64,000 nucleotides of DNA from Octopus bimaculoides (taxonomy: Eukaryota), in assembly GCF_001194135.2 (NCBI RefSeq), contig NC_068992.1, forward strand, positions 1,192,431 to 1,256,430. Direction: 5' to 3'. A program made the position numbers and the translations under genes. The notes under the pieces are model-generated. The model made no database searches and was not told where the DNA came from. It worked only from the letters and a program-made list of their open reading frames with translations. This document shows, in pieces, positions 43,352 through 56,797 of the stretch. Numbering within the stretch: position 1 is the first letter of the stretch; each line of letters opens with the position of its first letter.

Positions 43352-43427
43352 AATTAGTATACCTCTAATTCATTTACCCCTTATAGAATCGATTATAAGT
43401 GGTAAATGAATTAAAGGTATACTAATT
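43352..43427. repeat. 76-nt near-perfect inverted repeat (hairpin)
   Basis: Arms 43352-43385 and 43394-43427 pair at 32 of 34 positions; loop gaatcgat. Confidence 0.9.
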
Positions 43428-43773
43428 TTGGGATGTCTTATACTTATCCTTCTGTAATGAAGGAAATAGTTCTTGTTATTGCTTTAATATTTATGAGTGA
43501 AATATCGTTTCATTTATACCTTGTCTAAGCAAAAAAAAAAAATGTAAAGAAAAAACAACGGTCTAATGTACGTATTATAATACTAGCAAATAAAATTTCT
43601 AAACAAACAATGAACATCGGAAAGCGGGATATATCTGCCAAAAAAAGCAAAGAAATTCGTAATGAGAAATTCATGACTATTGAGAAACTGTGTAAGAAAT
43701 CTATTTCAATTAATGCTAGTATAAGAAGGTGTTCCACACTTTTTATATCGACAATGGTTATATGAATATATAT

Positions 43774-44084
43774 GTAAATGCCATCGCGCTTCAGAACCAG
43801 TTACTGCAATAGGCTGGGTTTCAGGTGTTCACAGCGTTTTTATATTCTCCCAAAGAGCTTGAGGAACCTGCATAAAGGGAATGTAGGCGTTTTCAAATCA
43901 AGACTGGACTTCTTACTATCGAGAGTCCCAAATGAACCTACCTCACCGCAAGAGGTGCAAATGAGGGGTTTACATCAAACTACATTCTTCACCAAGTACC
44001 ACATATTAGAGGAGGCTCTCAGTAAAAACAGTGTAGCAAAACGACGGTGCTCTAGCATGGCAACATCTCTAAGCTGAAACTACG
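43774..44084 (+). mobile_element. 5'-truncated CR1/L2-group LINE 3' end
   Basis: RFRTSYCNRLGFRCSQRFYILPKSLRNL...VFKSRLDFLLSRVPNEP matches the post-RT C-terminus (N...R.P.LFN.LP..LR......FK..LD.FL..VPDEP). Short 3' UTR then (TA)n. Possible low-complexity TSD gaatatatat at 43764-43773 and 44085-44094. Confidence 0.75.
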
Positions 44085-44126
<42 letters not shown>

Positions 44127-45169
44127 ATATTGAGCATAATATTCTTCGGCTAACTGGCATATTGTCGATAGAAACTTCGTAAGTCTTTCATCTACTATTC
44201 ACTGATGATGTTCAAATTAGTGGCCAAGTAGTCAACTAAACCAACTACCTACATATCCTTGTTTAAATTGTGATATTGTGTTCCAGCGAATAGTAGAAGA
44301 ACATAAAGGTTTACCAGTTGTTTTGCTATCATATTATTGTGTCATAGTCGCCAGTAGATGTGCTTTTCTCCTATGGTAATATATGAAGTATGATAACACT
44401 GGTAAATGCAAAACCCTTTATATTTTCAGGCGAACTGAAGATGTTTGAAAACGTGACGATTATGTCAAGGATTTCTATTTGCATAGGATTATGGAAATAG
44501 CGTTGATGTTGATAAGGAATATTTAAATTTCAGCCACAGCATATTATCAATAAAAAGACAATAAATTATTTCTAAACACCCTATAAAATGGCTAAACAAA
44601 CTGATATTTGTTAATTATTAACACAAATCTCTATGTAGCATAACGCTTCTCAACATATTATCCTGTAATTACGTGTTTAAAAATTTCATATATAAATTAA
44701 TTGCTATGTCAAAAGAAATACTATAGAAATTGTTTTCTTAATTTATGGATTTAATTATGCATCTCATTACAATATCACATCTCATTCAATTTCAATACAT
44801 TTTAACATTCACACTTATACCCAATATTATTTGTACGTACCTTTGCTGTTATTTCTGTTAAACGTTTCAAGCTGAGCATAACACACTCACACACCGATGC
44901 ATGCTGACATGTGTTTATATAAATAAACGGAGTTCTGTGATATTTATTGTATCGAACACACAACTGTCAATTACTTTATCGCTATAAACATTTATTGATA
45001 AATATATGTGATTTAATGTAACAGCTTCTATTTACCGACATCAGTATTGTCAGCTCGAGCTGCTGCTGATCTGCTGATCTGCTGCTGATTTTGCTCATGT
45101 ATATACTGCTGGTGCTCTTTCTATCGATGCTTCTGATGATGATATTGATGTATATCACGAGAGTGATTA

Positions 45170-45170
45170 A

Positions 45171-45236
<66 letters not shown>

Positions 45237-45255
45237 CATCATTAGTATTATTATT
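45170..45255. repeat. (ATT)n microsatellite
   Basis: Direct. Confidence 0.95.
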
Positions 45256-45602
45256 ATCGCCAAAGCAGGAGGTATGTTTTTCGGAATGCTATAAGTTTAG
45301 GAATAATTCACTTGCTTAAAAAGTTCTATACTGCCATTAAAATTAATACGCTGTTACCTATAATCAAATTGCATGACCAGAAAAACTGAAACGACAACTT
45401 TATATCGAAAGAGCTTTCTTAAACGAGGTCACAATTTACTTCGGTTATAAAGGGTTTCTCGATTCTTTAACATGTTATATCATGTCCTCTAACGCAACTT
45501 TTCTCTTCTTACACATATGCACACACGAAGGCACGCACGAACGCACGCACACACACACACACAACCATCAAGCACACTCACAGATATGTATGCATGCATG
45601 TA

Positions 45603-45991
45603 TGTTGTTGTTGTTGGCACGCCGTCACTTACGACGTCGAGGGTTCCAGTTGATCCGATCAACGGAACAGCCTGCTCGTGAAATTCACGTGCAAGTGGCT
45701 AAGCACTCCACAGACACTTGTACCATTAACGTAGTTCTCGGGGATATTCAGCGTGACACAGTGCGACAAAGTTGACCCTTTGAATTACAGGCACAACAGG
45801 AACAGGAAGTAAGAGTGAGAGAAAGTTGTGGGGAAAGAGTACAGCCGGGTTCGCCACCATCCCCTGCCGTAGCCTCGTGGAGTTTTAGGTGTTTTCGCTC
45901 AATAAACACTCACAACGCCCTGTCTGGGAATTGAAACCGTGATCCTATGACCGCGAGTCTGCTGCTCTAATCACTGGGCCATTGCGCCTCC
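45603..45991 (-). mobile_element. tRNA-derived SINE, family 1, full length, with (AAC)n tail and candidate 12-bp TSD
   Basis: Minus-strand head ggaggcgcaatggcccagtgattagagcagcagactcgcggtcataggatcacggtttcaattccc (A box, B box, Arg-like arm). Tail reads tgttgttgttgtt on the plus strand. atgcatgtatgt occurs at 45594-45605 and 45994-46005. Confidence 0.9.
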
Positions 45992-47085
45992 AAATGCATG
46001 TATGTATGTAAGCTGAAATATAAATACTTACTGTACAAACGACTTACATTTGTGAAATCACATTCACTTAAACATATTTCTAAATGATTAAAATATTCTT
46101 ATTAACAAAAGCGAAAATAGAAACATTTACTGTAAAAAACAATCCATATTTTTCGTTGGAAAGTTGGCCACTAAGATTTTTTGCCCATCATAATGTGTCT
46201 AATCGAATGGTTAGAGTTTCTTCCCTTTCAGGGTTAAGTTATTTTTGGAGTATTTTCCCATTATGCACCGTTTTGGGTATTTATAGCCCCAAAACACCCA
46301 ATATGTCAAGACACAGTTGTCCGATTTATGCGAAACTTGTTTTATTCCGTTTGTATTCACATTTCAGAAAGACCCTAATTCATAATATTCTCCCAATATG
46401 CGTCAGTTTGGTTGTGAAAAATTGCAAAGAAACAAGATTGAGGCTCATTTCTAATATGATATACATGCTAAAAATCCCAAATATATAATATTTAAAATAG
46501 ATTTAGGTGTGACAGAAGACAATAAAATTTTAATCTTCCATTTTATCGCCAGCAATTACTATGTCTTAGCGTCTAGTCATTGGTTTACGTCGGAGGGGGA
46601 AATATCGGGACGATAAATATTTGACGAATATTTATGGTATTGGTCAGCGAAAATTGGGCCCTGACATGATATATTTATTCCAATGTGATATCGACTATTG
46701 GACAAGTAGAGTGTTTTATGCATCCTGATAGTGTATTGTAATATATTTAAACTATGGCTGTTTGTGATATATAGTGCATGATATACATTCATAATTTATA
46801 TGTGCAATGAAGTAGAGTTTGATTGAAAGTAGTTCTTTCTAAGTGTGTTGAAGTATATAGAGTTCATGAAATGATAAGTGCATAATTTATACTATGTTAG
46901 TGATATAGTGATGCCGTTTCATGAACTTCTATAACGATGGCGCCTGTTAATAATTAAATATATATTGATCGAATTGCTTTGTTTCATTATGTCTGTGAAG
47001 TAATACCTTATGAGAGAGCTTAGTCATTTTCTGAGGAAAAACACGCGTTCATACGTTGCCGATACTTCACCTGTAAACGCTGCTA

Positions 47086-47150
47086 TAACAAGAATATTTT
47101 CGAGGTTTAACAAGAATATTTTCGATTTAGCAAAAATACTTTCGGTGTTT
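47086..47150. repeat. About 22-bp tandem repeat, about 3 copies (taacaagaatattttcgaggtt)
   Basis: Two near-identical copies and one degenerate copy. Confidence 0.75.
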
Positions 47151-49420
47151 AAACAACTATCACAAATCTTCTCAGGAAAAGAGACCTAGTACTAAATAAT
47201 TCATTGTATATTGGTTTACTTAATGTATGAAGGGAAACCTAAATGCTACATGCTAAATGTACTAAATTCAATGAATAGCACAGACATCTTTTGATAAATT
47301 TTACGTACGATAGATTGTATATCAAAAAATCTCGCATTAACCTGACATATCCGTCCATAGATAAATATGTAGCACCGCAAATCATATTTTATTCAAAGAT
47401 TTTTCAAGTTCAAATATACTTTTAAATAACCTCTAGATTTTTCTTTGCAGTGATTAGGAATTTATCATTCGAAGAGGTCATCTTCCATTTCTTCTTAATG
47501 CTCTCATTTTGTATTTTACAAGGTAACACTTTTATTACCAAGAGCAAAAATATGAAGAGTTAAATAGTGTAGACTTTCTGAACTTTTATCAATTCAGGCG
47601 TGCTTATCCACAAAAATCTTTGAGTACAAATCGTAAAATTTACAGTGAAACATTTTCATGAATAATTTGGAATTGTAGATCTTGAATTACACTCTGAGTT
47701 TTTGAAATGTAAAACAAATGATTAGGTAAGTGGACATAAGTTAATTAAGTGCTCAATAGACACGCTTTTAATATGTTACTGATTACATCTTTTGTCGATG
47801 TTGAATGCATAAAACAAATAGACATCTTTTTTCAGAAAGACTCAATTTTATACTTATATCATAAAACGCTGTAACTAAAAACCTAAAGAAAGCGGCATGT
47901 TTAATTCTATTTTATCGAAGATACTCTTTGAATATAATATTAAATATTTTCCTCTAGAATTGATACCAAATAACACATAGAATCAAATACTTAGCATTCA
48001 ATGAAAACCTTTTCAAAGTCACCAAAGTATTTGAAACAGAGGCCAATAGGGTCCTATTAAAATGTGTGTTGTATAGAAAGAAATCATTCTTGATAGAGTC
48101 CACTATTGGACTAGAAATCATTCTGCACACAGGAAAATGAAAAATAACGATAATGAGAATCTGGGTTCCTTATGATAATGGGGTGTAGCAAACTACCACT
48201 GATCCTTTTGTTAAGCGCTCTGGCTATTCTTCTACACACTACCCTATCACAGCCTATTATAGCATAATATAAAATACTACATACATATTGACATAAAAAA
48301 AACACTGTTATAAAATAATATATTCGAGTAAACATACACGGCAATAGTTCTCTAAAAATATAGAATATTTATATATAACAATTACTTTAAAAAATTCACC
48401 ATCAAAGATGTATTACATAATATGTAAATAAATACCTGTATGTATCCATATATATGAAAACATGCTTGTTTCCAAGCTTGTATATGTATGTGTCTATCTC
48501 TGTAGGTTAGCGAGAATGTATCTAAATGTATTCTTTATTTTATTCACAGCGGAAGACGCTTCAGAAATCTATGGGGCGTGACACCACAATTAAAGGATAT
48601 AAACTTAATGAAGCGTTATTGAAAGCGGTGAAGATTATCTAATGTACTACAATATAATATATTTTTCTTTTAATAACCTTCTAAATATTTACAAAGACCT
48701 AATCTCTGTATATTAATAATTGAATCATTTATATTTATTGCTTTCATTAAAATCGACAAATGACGTCACCTAGATTGTGAAGGAAAGAATGCGAATCAAT
48801 CGCGAATGTATTGGAAATTAAATATGCTTCAGAACAAAGAAAAGAACATGTATTCTTGTTTAAGGTTATAATGAGCGAGAATAGAGATGGTAGCCTGTGG
48901 GGTTTTCGACTTACATCATGAATTAATTGTGAAAATTGTATTTTGAAATATTTCAGCTCAATAAATATCCCTAAATCCATTATATTTTAATTGAATTAAA
49001 TGCACCGAATTCACTTTAGCCAGTACGCATACACGCTCACATATGTATAGCACTTGCACCATACACACACATACATGCACACGCGCAAACACACAGTCAC
49101 ACACGCACGCACATTTGTTTACGGAAAAAGACTGACGGATAGATTGAGAGATAGAGAGACAAAAAGGTAGCTAGAGAGGTAATTATAGTAATACAGCAAT
49201 TTGAATCGCTTTTAGAACAAAAGAGTAATTAATATTAAAAAAAAAACTCGAATCTCATTCTGCACGAGTCAGAGTTCGAGGTTTCTCCTCGCATTCGCAA
49301 TCCGATGAAGACCGGAAATGATAAAAAAAATCTTTGATCAATCAGATGTGCTCTCTGTACATGTTTTATATGCTACACACATACAAATGTACACATACAT
49401 ACGCACATGCATACGCGCAT

Positions 49421-49474
<54 letters not shown>

Positions 49475-49548
49475 NNNNNNNNNNNNNNNNNNNNNNNNNN
49501 NNNNNNNNNNNNNNNNNNNNNNNNNNNNNNNNNNNNNNNNNNNNNNNN

Positions 49549-49591
<43 letters not shown>

Positions 49592-49595
49592 TAAT

Positions 49596-49792
49596 CTTTT
49601 ATTCTTTTACTTGTTTTAGTTATATGACTGCGGCTATGCCGGAGCACCCGCTTTCGTCGAACAAATCGATCCAACGACTTATTCTTTATAAGCCTAAACA
49701 CTTATTCTATCGTAATTTTTTGCCGCACCGCTAGGTTACGTAAATAAACCAACATCTGTTGTCAAGCGATGGATGGTGCACAGAAACAGACA
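49596..49792 (-). mobile_element. SINE family 2, diverged 3' half
   Basis: Aligns with 9393-9600 (tgactgcggctatgccggagcacc...ttgtcaagcgatgg); no head visible. Confidence 0.8.
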
Positions 49793-49859
49793 CATCAACT
49801 GCTACACACAAAACATGCACACACACACACTCACATACACGCACGTGTTAAACTCACTC

Positions 49860-50330
49860 ACCCCTTCACACACACATACATGTTTGTCTCACTCGTCTCG
49901 ATTCACACATACACACTCACACATACCATTCCCTCCGTTCGCTGGGATCACCATTGCCTTTACCGTTAATATTATCTCCTTTTCATTAAACCCCTTTCTT
50001 CCAGTCACATCGCTATGTTGGACCGTTGAACTGCACATTTTTTTCTTTATCCATTTTTCTCATTCTCTCTCCATTTTTCTCCTCTTAATCATCTCTGTCG
50101 ATGAGTGTATGTTCGAAACGTAAAAGACTCTTCCATTTTCTCGAGCGTTAAACTAATACGCCTACTTGTTGGTCCTACACTTTTCTTCGTGTTTAGTTTT
50201 CTGTAAATTTGAACTATATATATATGTATACATATCCACACACCGAAATACTTCAGCCTCCAACAGACCTCAAATGAGTTTTATAGTGGTATTTTGGTCG
50301 TCTCGATTCACACATACACACTCACACTCA
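49860..50330 (+). mobile_element. Penelope-like pseudo-LTR region with degenerate hammerhead motif and partial direct repeat
   Basis: ctgtcga-tgagtgtatgttc-gaaac-gta at 50095-50122, then about 100 nt and TA repeats. Exact 30-bp direct repeat at 49893-49922 and 50298-50327. Confidence 0.5.
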
Positions 50331-53300
50331 CCTTGACATTCTCGATTGGAAACGTTCTAACCACCCGATTAGCATAAAATCACTGAAATGTATCTTCTAG
50401 GCTTTGCGGGTGATATCTCTTCTCTGAGTTTTGTTCTTCACTCAATCATTCTCATGTTACCTCTTCTCTGCTCCACTCATCGTTATTCTGTATTCCACTC
50501 AAAATTACCCACTAAACACTACTCGCAATACTTTCTTGTAGGAATGTCACTTGACTGAGGTCTCACTCCCGCTTCTGTTTGTTTTATGAAGGGAAACTAA
50601 TCTGAGAGTGACACAATATATGAGCCTATGCAGAGCTCGATTATTTATTGTAATCACCTTTGACTATCAAATATTTAATTCATTATTATCATTAATATAA
50701 CTTTATTATTTTAACACATTTCATTCTAATAATTAAATTTTTCATGCTAGAGAATTCATCAAAGGATGGTATATTCAATGATTATTTATTAGATATTTAT
50801 ATATTCCAATATATTCAATTGTTTAACATATTAACATGTGAGAAAACAAAATGAAGGATCTGATAATGCAACACTTCATACCTCAGCATCTAAAAGTTGT
50901 TTACAGACAACGTATTGTTTAAACAAGAAATTTTAAAGGAAAGTTACAGTGTAAACTGACATGACTTATGATGTCACAGAAAAGATATATCTTCATTGAA
51001 ATGAAATGTCAGGTGGAGAAATATGGTATTTCGTCTGTATATTCATCGACACCGGTTTGTTTAAAAATCTTTCAGAACCAAAGCACGAGTGTACTAGAAA
51101 ATACTGATATGTATAAATCATAGTAGATGTAGTAATTATATCATTCCTTGCCAGGAACCACATCAAACTGTTAAGGCATCAAAGAAACAAAAATAACGAA
51201 CATATAAATTGGCGACTGTAGAGATGTTTGATATGAAAACTGAAAGAAAAACTAAGGAAACTATACAAAGCTGTAATGATTTTTTAGAGCCGTCTATGTC
51301 CTACATCAATTTATGCCATTAACGTGATGATGCCAACATTATATTTGATAGATCAGTGACTGTGTAACCGTTTAATTGTGTAGTAATATCAGTTTGAGGG
51401 AACGAAATGAGGGAGAAACTAAGAAGACCGCAATGATAAGTATGATAAAGATGATAGAGAGATAGTGGTAGAGACTAGTATTAGGTTTATAGCATGCAGT
51501 GTTGATGAAACCAAGAATTGATAATTATTTTCTTTAGAATTAGTGAATGATTCTATACGATAAAACATTTCTCCCACTGTTACAGTAGCTGACGTTTTAT
51601 GATTGCAAAGAAGTTATCGACTTCGTCGGTTGTGATCAGCCCATAAATTATTTGTTGAGAGTCGAACTGGTTTATAAAACAGTTGATAATCAGCTAGTTT
51701 ATAAAGCCGTCATATTATATTGTCTACGTATCTTTGTGCAAACAATTTTATACAGAGAAACAAAACGCTCACACACTAGCATCATTCATGTTCTCTATCG
51801 TCTAGTGTGCATGGTTCAAAGGTCATTCGCGTATCTGATGAGATTTAGTAGATATATCTACAACTTTAATAAACATTCATATGCTTATAGAGCAGTGGCC
51901 AAATTAGGGTTATAAAGAACACGCATCTTACACCTCGAACCAAACAAGAATCATAACTGAAAATATGTCCCGGAAAAATTAGATTTTTCTCGTAATATTT
52001 ATAGACGAATGTAGGTCAAACAAATCCTGGCTCAAGATAGGAAAATATTTCTTTCGTAACCATAGATAAAGAAACAAATAGTTGTATGGAGATAGCCAAG
52101 CGGAAAGACCACTCGAGCAAGGAAAACGAGCAATCTTGATACATGTTCACTAGGTTTGGAATGCGTGGTTAATTCAGTAATCTATGAAGAGGAAATGGGC
52201 TCAACAAAATTAAAAGGAATGAAAGTAAAAAAATATATATTGTGCTGCATGAAAATGATGCGATATTCATTCTATGATCACCTTCGAATGATCTGAGATA
52301 CGGCACGATAAAACATCTATGTGTCACTGTCTCACGTTTTTATATACACTAAAAAAACAAGTGCTGCCACAAAATTTCTGGAAGTACTACACACAGTTTG
52401 ATTGTGTAAAATTTGAATTTCGAATAATTACTCTTTCGGAGAATTTTGCTGAGAATATTAAAATGTATTGCAAACCTCCTGCGTTGTTAATTTTTCTTCT
52501 TTGTTTTATTGTTAAGCTACGGGTAGCGTACATTACAGTGTAATAATTTTTGATTCGAAAACTAACTTCGGAACTTATCTGGTTTCCAAAACTCAATTTA
52601 GATTTCAATTTTGCGCTGATGATATCTGTTCAATTTGAAGAACGTCTATGCAAATTGCATCATTATTGAATTAATAGAAATATATTATCCACGTCATTGA
52701 TTGCCAGCATTCCAATTAGAGAAAATATTGCTCAGAAATTATAATACAATAAAACATCAGACTGAAATACGACTACGCATAGAGATTCTTACTAACACGG
52801 AACATATTAGCAATTAACGTTACTCTCAAACGTCTCTGATGCTTTTCTCCTCGATAATTCTGTATCATAAGGGTAAAGACGAAACCTTATTGCAAATTTC
52901 AAACCGGAGTTACCAAAAGCTATAACTGAACACCGGCCTGGCAATGTTAGTATAATATATCGCATAGAGACTGTAAAGTACCTTATTGACAGATGAAAGA
53001 AGCCGTTCCTTGGCGATCCATTAACCACTTCTCGATCTTGGGGATTTCTCAATTCGATCGCACCTGCTCCCAAGATACGTTATTTGACTTCGGAATATTA
53101 TCACCTTTAGTTTTGAAGGCAACTCCATCTTACTTTCAATTACTAAGTAACCTAACATATTGCTTGTGTGTATGTACGTGCATTATCCAGAAGACATCTA
53201 CGGGAAAGGGTTTTGCATTTCTTCATTACTTTGTTTCTGTTATTTTAACTTTTACTTAACGTTCCTACCTACACATCGACGCACTCATAAGTATGCGCGC

Positions 53301-56300
53301 ACGCGTGTGTGCGTGTTTACCTATGGCAATGTGTATGTGCGTGTATTTTCATGACAGCACCAATGTAAACGTGTGAGTGTCATAAGCATACATGGATTTC
53401 TTACTGCAGGATCAAAAAACCGTGTGAGAGGGTGCGTGCTATATTGTCAGATCATGCAACCTGATAACACTCCTTCCATCTACGGAAAGAAAACATTGCC
53501 TTTAGATCGTAAATTACAAGTTAATGCAACATTTTAAAAACAATATTCCACTAAAATGTAAAAGAAAAGAAACTGACGCCATGAGAGTTAATTAATTTGT
53601 GGCACCATCTTTTGAGGAACGTAAAAGTAATTGATACTTCGTTTTTAATTATTTTTAATTATTTATAGCCAAAACAAAATAAGTAAAATTATAAAAATAA
53701 TTATGTTGTTAAAGATGTGAAAAAGCTTACGTCACATAACACTAATTCAATAGAGTTAAAGATGATTGGTATTCAGAAATCAAATTTCAACATCAATAAT
53801 CAGGGATTTGAAAATGAGCAAATTAATTGTAGTCCAAAAATCGTCGCCCCACAGGGTAACAATTTTGAACATAGTTTCTATTGAGTTTGCTCTTTTCAAT
53901 TGATTTAAACTAAAATTTGCATGCTGATTTCAAAACTACAGTCAGTTTTCTTCTGTCACGTGTAGGTTTATTTTTTCTTTTCTACAGCTTACTTTCTGAA
54001 TCAGCAGAATTTTATTGTTTATCCCTAAGTATTACTGTTAGCTGCTTTTATTATTCAAATAATAATATTACGGAAATAATTTAAATAATAACATTTCCAA
54101 ACATATTTTAGTTGTCTTGTTTTGTTTTGTTTTTATAATTAGTCCTACCTAATTTGGTGGTGCTGGATTCGTAAATGCTTCAGGAATATTCTATCGTGGA
54201 AAGTTTTTGGCTAAAACAGTAATTCATTTTTTACTAAAAGTTTTCGAATTTGTCATTAAATGCAATACTGAAATAGGAAACTAACACAAACCAAATGATA
54301 CTTTTAGTAGAAACATTACATAAAGCAGTGTGGGCATCTACAGACACATTTCACAAATATGACACAGGTATAATGCCAAGGATCACAGACGTGTGTTGCT
54401 TATACATATATAATTGTATAAAGGAGATTTCTATCACCATCACGCCATGTTGATCTGTTTAGATTGAATATAATGGAAGTTGCTCGGGTTTCGTGGTTCT
54501 CATTTACTGAAGATACTGAAATCATGACTGTTTTCACATTTGTAGTTAGATTTACTTTCAATGATATTCAAAACTTATGTTTGAAAATGTGTCAAGCTCC
54601 TAACATGCGTTTACATTGGATGAAACTACGTCTGTGCTTTAAAAATTTTGACAGTACCGGAAATATTTTAAAAAGGACATTTGAGTTTGTGAAAAATCTG
54701 GACGTAATAGAGCAACATAAATTTAGTTTAATGAAATAAGTAGAAAGAAATTACTAAGACAAATGTCTCCAGCCCAGACTCCAAAATTCAAGTTCCTCGG
54801 TATTACTAAGGAGAAGAAAGGTACTTAATGAACGGATAGAAAATACAGGAAATGTGTCTATTTCTATTAGGGTGAATAACGATAGAGAATAACCGTCATT
54901 AAAAATATGAATTAGTGATAAACTCCAAAAAGTGTCACAGTGAGTCCTGTTTATATGGAGATTGAGAATACTTAGAACAACAGGTTACTGGTTGTCCATC
55001 ACTTTAGGTATGAAAAATATGTTTGAAAATTTACTGAACAGTAGAGATTTGCACATCATAAACTTGGGCAGATAACGAATTCCAAACTTTCCTGGAGATT
55101 CTAGACGTAGCAATTGCACCACAGGTTTTAATGCTATAAGATTTTAATGCTGTATAGAAGGATGATCTGAAAACGAAATTGCAGATGAGCACAAGTAAAG
55201 ATTGACGCTACTTGTTAGCATGGAATCTAAGCTGAACCCAATGTTAATATATCTCTCTGAAAATCCTAGAAATTTCAAAGGGTTGCCTAAGGCAATGCTA
55301 ATGTTACTAAAGCTCTGATTATTGTATCTATTGAAGTATATTATGCCTGGAGTAATTTATCGTTTTACGTAGTGATAGTATAGAGTTCGAGAAAGTATTA
55401 CGATAAATGATTGTGGGATTTGTGCTCATCCACATACCGGCAGTGCATTTTAGCCAATAGATCAATCCGCAATAACAATTATTTATTACACACGGGAATT
55501 TGTCTCACAGTTTATAAAATAAACAGATAATAAAGATTAGATCACCTGATATAGTTCTGGAAAGATCATATATCTACAAGGCTGTCAATAATATTCAAGC
55601 CTCAAGAGTTCCGATAAAGTAACAAGCATGAATTTTTATTGAAGAATAATGCCTTCGTATAAACAAAATGACCGCACCTCTGAATTAAATTGATTTATTA
55701 CTCACATCTTATTTACAGATTCTAAAAACACAACTTTTATGGATATGCTAGAGGAATGCGATTATCATAAGCTGAGCCCTATCAAAAGTTTAGAAACAGC
55801 ATGCCGCTTTCCTCATATCGTTAGCAGTCCTGTTATAGGGTGAATGAGATGTAGAAAGAAGTTCTCAGGTCGGTGCGGTTTTAGATAATTATAAAACATG
55901 TTACAGATGTCTATATCTTGAGTTTGTTCAGTAAACATGATATATTTTAAATAAGCTATAAAATTGCTACATAATATGTCCAAATATATAACTATATCGG
56001 TAAGTAAAGAATACAAATCACTATCCGATCTTGTGCACACGATATCTCATTGCTCATGTAAATTTACCTTTAGCGAACATTCCAATTGGTCTGTAGAAGA
56101 CTTAAAATTTGTTGGTAGGTACTTATCATTACATTTGGGAAAAACCAATACCTAATAGCCTAAAATATGTAATTGCATAATTCAAAACTCGCTAATTCAA
56201 ATTCCCTTCGAAAATAAATGACTGCCGGTACTTGTGTAGTTGTGTGTGTGAAGCACGTTTATTTACAATTAGTTTTGTAGCCAGCAGTTTCATTCTGGGC

Positions 56301-56689
56301 ATATTTATGCACTTGTATGCGTATATATTTGTATGTGAATACTGCTCTTGAAAACCTGGTCAGTTCGGTCGCTCTCTTAGTAAAGATATATTCGTTGCAT
56401 TCTAAATTTAGCAATGACTTTACTTCACTTTCCTCAAGAAGTATAATCCGTTTGCCTAAAACCTTCCGTTCTACATTATAATTTCCATCAATTCCCAGCA
56501 GAACTGCTCCAACTTGCATGCTCAAATACTCATTAGCTCATATATACTGTTATCCCCTGAGTTCAAACTATCGTGTATTATGAATGAAGATTTCTCGTTG
56601 TTCACGCCAAAAAGATTAATTTCAAAATAACAAATGGGCGAGGGGGCGTGAAAATTGAGACAAATTTCTGTTTATTGAAATTTGAAACA

Positions 56690-56797
56690 AATTTATCGAC
56701 CTCGAAAGGATGAAAGCAAAGTCGATCTCGGCGGAATTTGAACTCATAACGTAAAGACTGATGAATTTCTGCTAAGCATTTCGCCCGGCGTGCTAAC
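56690..56797 (-). mobile_element. SINE family 3 internal/head fragment abutting the tail of a full copy
   Basis: Paralogous to 56905-57014. Confidence 0.85.

Noticed and set aside
45920-45991. tRNA-like sequences (also 4800-4867, 9720-9797, 37200-37280, 56950-57036)
   Set aside because: SINE heads: acceptor stems do not close and each continues into a repeat body, so they are not tRNA genes.
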